A DNA stretch of 64,000 bases from a virus. The position numbers and the translations under genes are program-made. Location of the stretch: positions 15,569 through 79,568 of IMG/VR virus record IMGVR_UViG_3300045117_000026; one strand, given 5' to 3'. Positions 28,298 to 36,685 of this stretch are shown in pieces (position 1 is the first letter of the stretch; each line of letters opens with the position of its first letter). A model generated the notes under the pieces. It ran no database searches. It worked only from the letters and a program-made list of their open reading frames with translations, and had not been told where the DNA came from.

Positions 28298-28976
28298 GAG
28301 TATATACCCACAGAGTATATACCCGCGTGGTATATACCCCCCTGATAGCCCACTGACTCAGGTGGCATAGGTGGGCAGTACCCGGCCGGAGGAAGCCCCG
28401 CAAACACGCAAAATCCTTTCAGGAAGGGGCATCCTTGGGGGTGGCAAGGGAATCAGTCACCCAGGTGGAAATGGACACCAAATAGGGGCATTGCACAACG
28501 TTTTCCTCGTGGGCGTTTAAGGGGCCGTAGGTGGACAAGGTATATACCCACGTTGGTGCTGGCACCTCGATTTGCGTTTAATAGGCCGGGTATATACCCA
28601 AACGGCACCCCCACCATCTCAGGTATATACCCGCGTTAGGTATATACCCAAACGAGTGGGCTATTAGGCTTGGTATATTCCCCTGTCTCTATCTTTGTAC
28701 TGCACCTAGTACTATATCTAGTATTATATATTATATTATATATTATATATATATATATATATTATATAGTGCACAGGGGGGTGGGGATGATATTGCTTAT
28801 AGAGAGCAATATCATATGGGGTGGGGCTGTAGTATGCACATGTAATTAACATGCACTTAATAGACCCCACCCACTGTGCTCTTTATAAGCACAGTACCCC
28901 ACCCCCCATTGTTGTGCAATATGGACTAAGACCTATATATGGACCAAGACCTATGTAGGTGCTGTAGGTATATACC
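28298..28976. repeat. Cluster 1 of GGTATATACC(C) palindromes with AT tract (origin-like)
   Basis: Copies at about 28298, 28313, 28329, 28539, 28588, 28622, 28639, 28672 and 28967; pure A/T at 28722-28768. Confidence 0.85.
28919..28954 (+). repeat. 18-bp tandem direct repeat
   Basis: ATATGGACTAAGACCTAT / ATATGGACCAAGACCTAT. Confidence 0.85.
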
Positions 28977-29078
28977 GTCTTAATAGCCCACTGAAAATGG
29001 TAGTGGACACCAACTACACCTATATGACCATATGCACCATGGTACGTCTGCCTGGTGTTCGGCTTGCCTCAGTAATAG

Positions 29079-29107
29079 TTGACAAGGCATAGCCGATATG
29101 ATAGACT
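29079..29107 (+). promoter_or_regulatory. Rightward sigma70-type promoter
   Basis: TTGACA-17bp-TAGACT with extended TG. Confidence 0.8.
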
Positions 29108-29155
29108 ATTTACAGTCAGACGACAGACGTTTGACAGGAAAGGAGAAAGGGTATC

Positions 29156-29281
29156 ATGGGTGACACGGGGTGTAGGTCTTTCGGACGTCAAGTGCGACTC
29201 TCACACACCGATGGCTACACGGCTAGAGTACAACGATGTCTCGAGGACTTACATCGCAAGGTAAGGCAAGTGAGGAGCTAG
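29156..29281 (+). CDS. 41-aa ORF (not in the ORF track)
   Basis: GAAAGGAG SD, MGDTGCRSFGRQ...; stop is 1 nt before the next start. Confidence 0.45.
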   Translation: MGDTGCRSFGRQVRLSHTDGYTARVQRCLEDLHRKVRQVRS

Positions 29282-29282
29282 G

Positions 29283-29498
29283 GTGAATTACTTCGTCAAC
29301 AAGAACCAAACACCTGAAGAGAGGAGAGCCAAGTATGCTCTCCTCCGCTCCCACGGATTTAGCCCCATGAGGGCAAGGAGAATGAGAGACTGCACAATGT
29401 CCACGATAAGGAGTTTCGTCAGCTCCGGGTTCACCGATAATTGCTTCGGTAGACCCACGACACACATCTCACTCGATGGTATAGTAACGAAATATTAA
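29283..29498 (+). CDS. Small basic hypothetical protein
   Basis: GAGGAG SD, GTG start; C-terminal HISLDGIVT. Confidence 0.65.
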   Translation: MNYFVNKNQTPEERRAKYALLRSHGFSPMRARRMRDCTMSTIRSFVSSGFTDNCFGRPTTHISLDGIVTKY

Positions 29499-29696
29499 GG
29501 AGACGGCAGTGGACCCAATTGTACAACTAATAGAGGCTATCGCCAGGGACATCACCGTAAGGGATGAGAATGGCAACCCTACACTCGCTACTGACTCCGA
29601 CAGGGAACTAGGGATTCTCGGAATACTGGCTGCTTACTCCATTGGTGAAGAGGCTGTCACCAATATCCTGGGGAAATAAATATAAAGGAGAACGAA

Positions 29697-30026
29697 GTGA
29701 AAGGACTTATCAAGCACCACGAAGTCGCAGTCTCCGAACTCCCGATGTGCGACATCTGTAAGAAACAGGTAGCCGCCTACGATGCCAAGATGAAAGCGGG
29801 GCCGTGGGCCTACATGTGCGAGAGCTGCTTCGGCTCTCACGGGATCAGCACCGGGCTGGGGCTGGGACAGCGACTCATCTGGTGCGAACCAGTGAACCTG
29901 CCCGCCACCGCTCCAGTGCCCTCTGTACCACTTCACGTCGGCACCAACAAGGTGGTGCTCTTCGGCACACCGCTCAATGTGAAAGTGGGAGTCAAGGGGC
30001 AAGTCACCAAAATCCAAGTCATCTAG
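29697..30026 (+). CDS. Conserved phage Zn-finger protein
   Basis: CDIC...YDAK...GPWAYMCESCF..HG..G.GLGQ; AAAGGAG SD. Confidence 0.75.
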   Translation: MKGLIKHHEVAVSELPMCDICKKQVAAYDAKMKAGPWAYMCESCFGSHGISTGLGLGQRLIWCEPVNLPATAPVPSVPLHVGTNKVVLFGTPLNVKVGVKGQVTKIQVI

Positions 30027-30036
30027 ACCACTGACC

Positions 30037-30078
30037 AAAGGGGGCCGGGGCCTTTCTCCCCGGCCCCCTTTTCTTTTT
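30037..30078 (+). terminator. Intrinsic terminator
   Basis: AAAGGGGGCCGGGG-N7-CCCCGGCCCCCTTT followed by a T-rich tail. Confidence 0.9.
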
Positions 30079-30089
30079 GTCCGCAGTTA

Positions 30090-30372
30090 AATACCCGGTA
30101 TGTATATACCCATAGGTATACTTGGAGCAAGCTCCACTAGCCAAAGGCGATTCAAGAGGTGGTGCACATGGATAATACCCATACCGCAGGTGCTTGCCCC
30201 GTTTGCGTTTAATAGGACGGATGGTATATACCCATTGGTATACACGGAATATACCTATTGGCGTTTAAGAGGACGGTACGGATGGTATATACCCACGACG
30301 TGGGAGCGCTCAAGATTGCGTTTAAGAGGACGGTATATACCCATAGGTACGTATACGTGGGAATATACCCAC
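30090..30372. repeat. Cluster 2 of GGTATATACCC and GCGTTTAA-x-AGGACGG repeats
   Basis: GTATATACCC at about 30102, 30222, 30284 and 30333; GCGTTTAA[TG]AGGACGG at 30205, 30261 and 30318. Confidence 0.85.
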
Positions 30373-30392
30373 GACAGCCTGGAGGGGGCCAC

Positions 30393-30422
30393 AAAAAAAA
30401 GAGGCTGTCTTGCGACAGCCTC
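30393..30422 (-). terminator. Intrinsic terminator (minus strand)
   Basis: GAGGCTGTC-GCAA-GACAGCCTC followed by T8 on the minus strand. Confidence 0.9.
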
Positions 30423-30445
30423 TTTCACTGTGTTGCTACTCTGGC

Positions 30446-30727
30446 TTATGGCATCGGTAGTAAGTCTCGATCGCCTTTGCCTTCGACGATATCGTGTCTG
30501 CCTGAAGCCGTCATGTCGCCATACAGCCGACTTCGCCAAAATTGGCAGCCGGCTTTTTTATTTAGCAAGCCAAAGCTTTTCAATATCTTGGCTTGCTTCT
30601 GCCTGCCTTTTCTATCAAGACTTTTATACTTCAAGTCTTGACACGGCTTGGCAGCCGGACACACTAAACACTTGTAGTTGCCACGTGTGACTACGCCGTC
30701 GCTGATGCCTGATAAAATCTCTGCCAT
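30446..30727 (-). CDS. Small basic Cys-containing protein
   Basis: 93 aa with CLVC...C; GAAAGAGGC upstream. Confidence 0.6.
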   Translation of the reverse strand: MAEILSGISDGVVTRGNYKCLVCPAAKPCQDLKYKSLDRKGRQKQAKILKSFGLLNKKAGCQFWRSRLYGDMTASGRHDIVEGKGDRDLLPMP

Positions 30728-30785
30728 ACTTTTGCCTCTTTCGTTTCATATTTGGCAGTTTATACGATACTGCCAAACGTCTTGA

Positions 30786-30884
30786 TTATGATAACTTTGC
30801 TTTTAACTCTGCCAATGTAGCGTTTTTTGCCTTGAGTATCTTTTTGACGTCTGCCATCTTGCCTATGATTTTGACAATCAACAT
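30786..30884 (-). CDS. 32-aa Lys/Ala-rich peptide (not in the ORF track)
   Basis: MLIVKIIGKMADVKKILKAKNATLAELKAKLS; AGAAGAGGC upstream. Confidence 0.55.
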   Translation of the reverse strand: MLIVKIIGKMADVKKILKAKNATLAELKAKLS

Positions 30885-30992
30885 CGCTGCCTCTTCTCTT
30901 ATGTATTGGCAGTTCTACGCTACTGCCAAACGGCTGAGATGTATTTAGCAGACTATTTGCTTACTCGCCGTCTGCCATGGCGATTTTCGTCT

Positions 30993-31454
30993 CTAGACTT
31001 TCGCCTCTTCTGCTTCAGCCTTCGCCGTAGCTGTTTTCTTCGTCTCTGCCTTTGCCTTTGCCTCTGCCTTTGCCTTTGCCTTTGCTGTAGCCTTGGCAGT
31101 AGCTTCAGCCTTTGACTTGATTTCGCTTCTGAGTTCAGCAATTTCATCAGCAAACGTAGTCACTGATGCAGCCTCAAGCCTTGCTATGGCTGCTTGAATA
31201 GCTGCCTTGCGATGCGATGACGTGTTATAGCCAGACTTGACAGCAGTGTACATCACGCAATAGTTCATCACCATTGTCATTGATACCTCATCGCCTTTAT
31301 TCTTCGCCTGTAGCCATAAGCGAACGAACATCAAGAATGCTAAGTAAAGTGGCTGTATGAAGTAATGAAGAGTATTTCTCTTCACTTGAACACCGCCGGC
31401 GTCTTTGCTTCTAGCGCCGCTGATTTTGCCATCTAGAGAGATTATTGTTTTCAT
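30993..31454 (-). CDS. Basic protein with AK-rich tail; likely paralog of 27764-28072
   Basis: IISLDGKISGA N-terminus, NYCV, (AK)n tail. Confidence 0.7.
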   Translation of the reverse strand: MKTIISLDGKISGARSKDAGGVQVKRNTLHYFIQPLYLAFLMFVRLWLQAKNKGDEVSMTMVMNYCVMYTAVKSGYNTSSHRKAAIQAAIARLEAASVTTFADEIAELRSEIKSKAEATAKATAKAKAKAEAKAKAETKKTATAKAEAEEAKV

Positions 31455-31706
31455 TTTAGTAGCCTTTTCTACTTTAACAGTTAGGCGTTTAATATTTCGT
31501 CTAACTCTATCATTCTAGGCTTCAACATCTAAGCTTTAATGATAGTGATTGCCTGTCTAGCTTTGAATTTGCCTGTTTATAGCCTCCTGACTATTGACGC
31601 CGGCTAATAGCCGGCTGATTAGCATAAGCTAATCAAGGCAATCATTGAAACTGTATTAAATTGTTAACTGTTTTCGTATCGTCGTGACATACGAAAGTAT
31701 GTCACT

Positions 31707-31735
31707 ATAATATATTTCAACATTTGATATGTTAA
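31707..31735 (-). promoter_or_regulatory. Putative leftward promoter with an adjacent palindrome
   Basis: TTAACA-17bp-TATTAT; GTGACATAC-GAAA-GTATGTCAC (31684-31705) covers the predicted start site. Confidence 0.55.
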
Positions 31736-32148
31736 TACGTGTAACCACTACACTTTTACGAATGAGCTTTATAGGTATCCTTACATGGTTAAAGCCAGGT
31801 GTATGGGGGATTCCCTCTCGTCCAATTTGCGTCGGGCCAGTGGAATTTGGGCAATTCTACTTATGGTGATTGAGCGAAGTGGACGGTGGCGGATGGTGGT
31901 GGGGATGATAGAGTAGCCGCATAGGAGGGCGAATTCGATGAAGAACATAACTCGGGCGAAATATATAACCAAGGTAAAATACATTGCGATTGCGTTGCTA
32001 GGGGCGATTTTGGCGCCTGTTTTGCTGTGGGTGGCACTCGGGGTCGCCTTGCATATCAGGTGCCGTAAAAACAGCCCCAGACAACGATTTAGCGAGATAC
32101 TACAAAAGGTCGGCACTTGTTGATAACTACCGACAATTTGTATGGCCC

Positions 32149-32177
32149 TTGACACGGGGTCTTCGCTCTGTTAAAAC
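32149..32177 (+). promoter_or_regulatory. Putative promoter upstream of terminase
   Basis: TTGACA-17bp-TAAAAC with extended TG. Confidence 0.5.
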
Positions 32178-32201
32178 TATATATTAGAGGACGACCCGAA
32201 T

Positions 32202-33770
32202 ATGACAAAAAATCCGACAATGTTGCCCACCCCGGAGATAGAACTCCTCAATGAGCTAGAGGGGCAACTCAACCGCCCCGAGAGCAAGGAAGCCAAGAGA
32301 GCCAAGAGCGACTTCGGGTATTTTATTTCCAAGATATTCCCCGCATGGAAACTCAAGCCCTTCCACAGGGAAGCCATCAGGTTACTGGAATCCACGAACT
32401 CCGAAGATGAGAGATTGCTGTTCCTCTGGCCCCGTGGATTCGGCAAGTCGTCACTCACCTCGGTCGCCTACCCGCTATGGAGAATCGCCAAGAACCGCGA
32501 TGTCAGGGTAGTTATTGCCACCAATATCCAGAGGCTCGGTATGGAGTGGCTCCGCGAGATGGAAGACATCATGATGAAGAACTTCATCTACCGGGATTGG
32601 TTCGGCAACATGGTCCCAGAACCGCGGACGCTTACCTGGACCGATACTGAAAAGATTGTTCTAGGACGGACGCCGATGGCAACCCATACCACTTTGTATA
32701 CCATCGCTGTCGGCGGGTCAGCTCTTGGCAAGCGTGCCGATGTATTGATAGTTGATGACATAATGGAGCCGGAAGAGGGTATCATGACGTCGCTGATGGC
32801 GAATAAGGTCAATGAATGGTTCTGGAAGGTCCTCTACCCCGTATGCGAACCCGGCAGCAAGAAGATAGTCATCGGGACACGGTTTGGAGACGGTGACCTT
32901 TATGGTCGCCTTGTTGACAGGCGATGGAACACCTTCCGGATACCGGCGCTTGACGAGCATGGCGAGTCAACCTTCCCTGAAAGATTCTCCACCAAGGAAC
33001 TACACTCCCGCCGAGAGGATATGGGTACCACTATTTTCAATCTTCAATATATGAACGATATCGGTGGTCTGATAGGGAACATGCTCAAGAGCGATTGGCT
33101 CCACTATTATTTCGAGACCCCGCCGCTTAGAGAGATGACCGTTATGATGGCGGTTGACCCACAGGCGTTCGACAAAGTAAAGGTCAAAGACGGTACGGAC
33201 CCGGACTATTTCATTATCATGGTTGGCGGATACTATGCCAAGATAAGAACACTTTATCTACTTGACATGATCCGCACCAGAGCAACACCCATGCGACAAC
33301 TTGAACTTATCAAGACACAACTTGATAAATGGCATCCGGCGGTGACAGGCATTGAAAGCAATGCGTCCCAGGTCTTTGTTGCCGAGATGGTACAAAAGAC
33401 AACCAATCTCCCAATCAAGAAAGTGCCGTCCGTTACCAGCAAGGAACTTCGCTTCATGAGTATGTCGGCACTGTTTGAGGCCGGCCGGATATTGATTCCC
33501 GGTACCAAGGACGCCGATACCGTCATGCCAAGAGAGGAGTTCAAGGCATTCAAAGATGAGTGGGCTTTGTTCCCCAACGGGAAACATGATGACACGCTCG
33601 ACGCTGCTTCCATTCTTGCCAGGATGCTGCCGAACGCTTCACCAAAAGCAGCCGTTGGCTCGCTTGATGTCAAGGACGATAAACCGCAACAGTTTATGAC
33701 GAGGCCTATAGTCAAAATGTTCGACAGGACAATTGGGCCAAATCGTGTTAATATACTTAGGAGAATGTAA
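32202..33770 (+). CDS. terL: Terminase large subunit
   Basis: Walker A PRGFGKS, Walker B LIVDD, IGTRF coupling motif, nuclease AVDP and HDDTLDA. Confidence 0.95.
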   Translation: MTKNPTMLPTPEIELLNELEGQLNRPESKEAKRAKSDFGYFISKIFPAWKLKPFHREAIRLLESTNSEDERLLFLWPRGFGKSSLTSVAYPLWRIAKNRDVRVVIATNIQRLGMEWLREMEDIMMKNFIYRDWFGNMVPEPRTLTWTDTEKIVLGRTPMATHTTLYTIAVGGSALGKRADVLIVDDIMEPEEGIMTSLMANKVNEWFWKVLYPVCEPGSKKIVIGTRFGDGDLYGRLVDRRWNTFRIPALDEHGESTFPERFSTKELHSRREDMGTTIFNLQYMNDIGGLIGNMLKSDWLHYYFETPPLREMTVMMAVDPQAFDKVKVKDGTDPDYFIIMVGGYYAKIRTLYLLDMIRTRATPMRQLELIKTQLDKWHPAVTGIESNASQVFVAEMVQKTTNLPIKKVPSVTSKELRFMSMSALFEAGRILIPGTKDADTVMPREEFKAFKDEWALFPNGKHDDTLDAASILARMLPNASPKAAVGSLDVKDDKPQQFMTRPIVKMFDRTIGPNRVNILRRM

Positions 33771-34438
33771 TGAGCAACTGGGCAGGCAAAGAAAGACCTA
33801 TATGTGGCGCGAAGACCCGCACCGGCGAGCCTTGTAAGAAGACAGCCGGTCAGGGCACGCCTTTCTTTGGTAAAGAAGGATATAGGTGCAGCAATCACGG
33901 GGGCCTCTCGCCAAAGGCGATGACCGCTGCCGACGAAACAACCGCGAGAGGGCTGACATTCGATACCCTGGACCAGGCTCTGGCAAAGCGGATTGAGGAC
34001 TTTGCCAACGACCCAAACATTCTTGACTTAAAAAGGGAAATAGGTCTCTGCCGAGCACAGCTTGAGAACCTTGCTACGAGTGGCGATAAGGCAATCGAAA
34101 CCGCCGCCATAGTATCCAGCCTGTCCAGTACCATCGGTAGGCTGGTGGTCCGAGTGCACAAGATGGAGATGGATAGGCAGGGGTTGGTGCAGGTTTCATT
34201 GGTGCGAATCCTTATTGACTCCTGGCGAAGAGCAATACTTGAGACGTTGCCGGATGCCGATGTCAGGAACATGCTTATCGCAAGAATGCTCGACCTTAGC
34301 AAGTCCAAAATGGCTGTAATATTAAGCGGAGACGTAAGGAGACAAGGTGTTATCACTAAGAACTCTACTGATTCGGTGGTTGCTAAAGGACTCACAACTG
34401 GAGAAGGTAATAACTTCACGAGTCCGGACGGCAGTTAA
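33770..34438 (+). CDS. HGGxSTG-type Zn-finger protein, candidate terminase small subunit
   Basis: CGAKTRTGEPC...RCSNHGGLSP followed by a helical LDLKREIGLCRA segment. Confidence 0.6.
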   Translation: MSNWAGKERPICGAKTRTGEPCKKTAGQGTPFFGKEGYRCSNHGGLSPKAMTAADETTARGLTFDTLDQALAKRIEDFANDPNILDLKREIGLCRAQLENLATSGDKAIETAAIVSSLSSTIGRLVVRVHKMEMDRQGLVQVSLVRILIDSWRRAILETLPDADVRNMLIARMLDLSKSKMAVILSGDVRRQGVITKNSTDSVVAKGLTTGEGNNFTSPDGS

Positions 34439-34790
34439 CAACAAAATTGAAAGCATCCTGGACGCCCGAGATGTCAAAGGCTCCAAGTCCAACGAACTAG
34501 TAACGGTGCCGGATGCCGAGTTTACTATCGTTGAGGTTAACGAGCCGTGTAGCATATGGGGCTTCATGGATTTATCCGGTCTTGCTAACGGGGATAAGGT
34601 AGAAGTGAGTTTGGATATGAAACTGAATACAGCTTCCGAGTTCAAACTCAACAGGGTTATCGCCTTTAGCGGGCCGATTGTAGACCCGCTTGTCAACTTC
34701 CCCGTATTCGAGACTGAGTCAGCTAGGGTCAGGATCAAGCAGGTCTCAGGGCAACAGCGCAAGATTAAGTACCACTTTAAGTGGAGGTAA
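34347..34790 (+). CDS. Hypothetical (beta-rich) virion-associated protein
   Basis: 147-aa ORF between terminase and portal. Confidence 0.6.
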   Translation: MLSLRTLLIRWLLKDSQLEKVITSRVRTAVNNKIESILDARDVKGSKSNELVTVPDAEFTIVEVNEPCSIWGFMDLSGLANGDKVEVSLDMKLNTASEFKLNRVIAFSGPIVDPLVNFPVFETESARVRIKQVSGQQRKIKYHFKWR

Positions 34791-34792
34791 GA

Positions 34793-36100
34793 ATGGCGGA
34801 GTTTTCTAATAGACTAGTAGAGTCGTCAGGGCAATTCCCAATGCTGGTAGACGAAGAGGATGTCGGCTGGCAGCCAATCAACAGGCAGCCAACGACCAAG
34901 TTCGATCTTGCCCCTTATACTCGAGAGCGCATGCATAATGTTGCGCAATACCTTTATGTTACGAACCCGTTTGCCCACCAGCTTGTTGAACTCTCCGTTG
35001 CCCTCACTATTGGCTCAGGACCAGAGTTTGAGTTCCGGAGCCGTGCTACTCAAGATGTCGTGACACGATTCTGGGAAGACCCGATCAACAACTGGCCGAA
35101 GAAGTTGCCGGAACGTATCCGTGAACTCTCGTTATATGGTGAGCAGTTCTACAGCACTTCTGTCAGTCAAAGCGGCAGGGTCCGTATCGGCTACATCAAC
35201 CCGCTTGATGTAAGCGAGATCGTGGTTGATAAGGAGAATGTCGAGATATACAAGAAAGTTCGTGTTAAGACCGGCGTTGATGCGACAAGCTTCCAAGATA
35301 TCCCCGTGATTAACATGGACGAGGACCCCGAGTCCGAGACATTCGGGTACAGGGTTGGTGAAGTATTCGTCTTTAACATCAACAAGCCGATAGACGCTAC
35401 CCGTGGCAACTCCGACCTCTTGGCAATTGCTGACGCAATCTCGATGTACGACCAGTTCATCTTTAATACTCTCGAGCGTTCACAGCATATGAACTCATGG
35501 TTGTGGGATGTCGAACTTACCGGTAAGACCGAGAGCGAGATAGTCAAGTGGCTCAAGACAATACAGGCGCGTTCGCCGAGGCCCGGTTCTATCCGTGCTC
35601 ATAATGAGAATGTCAAATGGAACGCAGTCGCTCCTAACCTGCATAATGAAGACCTCGAGGACTCTGCCAAGATATTCAAGAGTTACGTCCTGGGTGGAGT
35701 AGGTTATCCGGATTACTTCTTTGGCGAAACCCAGTACGCCACCCGTGGTATCGCATCCGAAGCAAGCATGCCCGTCTTTAAGCGAATTGAGCGACGGCAG
35801 GGCATAGTCAAATCAATACTGTTCGACATGCTGAATTATGTTATTGACCAGGCCATCCTGCACAATACACTACCCAAGACAGAGAACAGGGAATTCACAA
35901 TCACCCTGCCAGAACTTGCCCTCAGGGATTTACAGAGGACAAGTGGCGCCGTTTATCGCCTGACACAGGCAATGCAACTTGCCAAGCAAGAGGGATGGTT
36001 AAAGGACATTGACTGCCGTAGAATAATCAATGAAGTCATGAGGGAACTAGGGCTTCCTGTTAACAAAATACTTGATACAAGGGAGATAAGTAATGAGTAA
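34793..36100 (+). CDS. Portal protein
   Basis: Position and size; NPFAHQLV, LSLYGEQF, RGNSDL and GYPDYFFG motifs; GGAGGT SD. Confidence 0.88.
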   Translation: MAEFSNRLVESSGQFPMLVDEEDVGWQPINRQPTTKFDLAPYTRERMHNVAQYLYVTNPFAHQLVELSVALTIGSGPEFEFRSRATQDVVTRFWEDPINNWPKKLPERIRELSLYGEQFYSTSVSQSGRVRIGYINPLDVSEIVVDKENVEIYKKVRVKTGVDATSFQDIPVINMDEDPESETFGYRVGEVFVFNINKPIDATRGNSDLLAIADAISMYDQFIFNTLERSQHMNSWLWDVELTGKTESEIVKWLKTIQARSPRPGSIRAHNENVKWNAVAPNLHNEDLEDSAKIFKSYVLGGVGYPDYFFGETQYATRGIASEASMPVFKRIERRQGIVKSILFDMLNYVIDQAILHNTLPKTENREFTITLPELALRDLQRTSGAVYRLTQAMQLAKQEGWLKDIDCRRIINEVMRELGLPVNKILDTREISNE

Positions 36101-36479
36101 GAAGAACTACAGACCATCGCCAAAGACCGTCAAAGAGGAAACGACTGAAGCGCCGGAGAAAAACGTACCCATAAGCACCGAAGTCGCAGAGCCAAAGATA
36201 GTTATCGAAATACATCCCAACGGAAGTAGCCCGAGCGGGGATGCTATCGAGAACCCGATAATGGAGATTCCGTCAATGGTCAGCATTGTCGACATTGTCC
36301 GGCAGTGCGCAAATGGTGTTGAACCAAACATCGAGGACGCCGATATACTTGAAGCAATGAAAGCATTTAAGATTGATGCCAAGGAAGTGCTGTGCGTCAA
36401 GCATTGGGACGTCCAGAATATCAAGATAATCACCGTCGCCGGTAAGAAACTGATATGGCCGAAAGGTAGAAAAGCATGA
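36093..36479 (+). CDS. Hypothetical head-module protein
   Basis: 128-aa ORF overlapping the portal stop. Confidence 0.65.
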   Translation: MSKKNYRPSPKTVKEETTEAPEKNVPISTEVAEPKIVIEIHPNGSSPSGDAIENPIMEIPSMVSIVDIVRQCANGVEPNIEDADILEAMKAFKIDAKEVLCVKHWDVQNIKIITVAGKKLIWPKGRKA

Positions 36480-36685
36480 AACTAAAGGAAGACTTCGGGG
36501 TAACGGCATTATTCGGTTGCCTGATAATTGTCGGCGCCTTTGCTGTTATCCTTGCCGCCCTGTTAAAGGACAAGATAGAGTTCGAGTCTGTTTTTGTTGC
36601 TGTTTCATCCTGGGTAGGGTCGATAATCACAGCGTACGTACTCAAGGCTAAGACCAACGGCTTTGGGGGGAAAGAACAAAAATGA
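36476..36685 (+). CDS. Two-TM membrane protein (holin-like)
   Basis: Two hydrophobic helices and a charged C-terminus. Confidence 0.55.
   Translation: MKLKEDFGVTALFGCLIIVGAFAVILAALLKDKIEFESVFVAVSSWVGSIITAYVLKAKTNGFGGKEQK

Noticed and set aside
28776-28907. Protelomerase (telRL) target site
   Set aside because: The palindrome is imperfect at its centre and no protelomerase gene is visible in the window
28298-30372. Possible CRISPR array
   Set aside because: Repeats are only 10-16 bp and irregularly spaced, and no cas genes are present
30100-30690. 196-aa plus-strand ORF and other ORFs across the repeat block
   Set aside because: They translate the GGTATATACC repeats, cross a terminator and have no SD; probably spurious
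31045-31110. (GCCTTT)n microsatellite as a phase-variation tract
   Set aside because: It is an in-frame hexamer encoding the Ala-Lys tail, so slippage would not shift the frame
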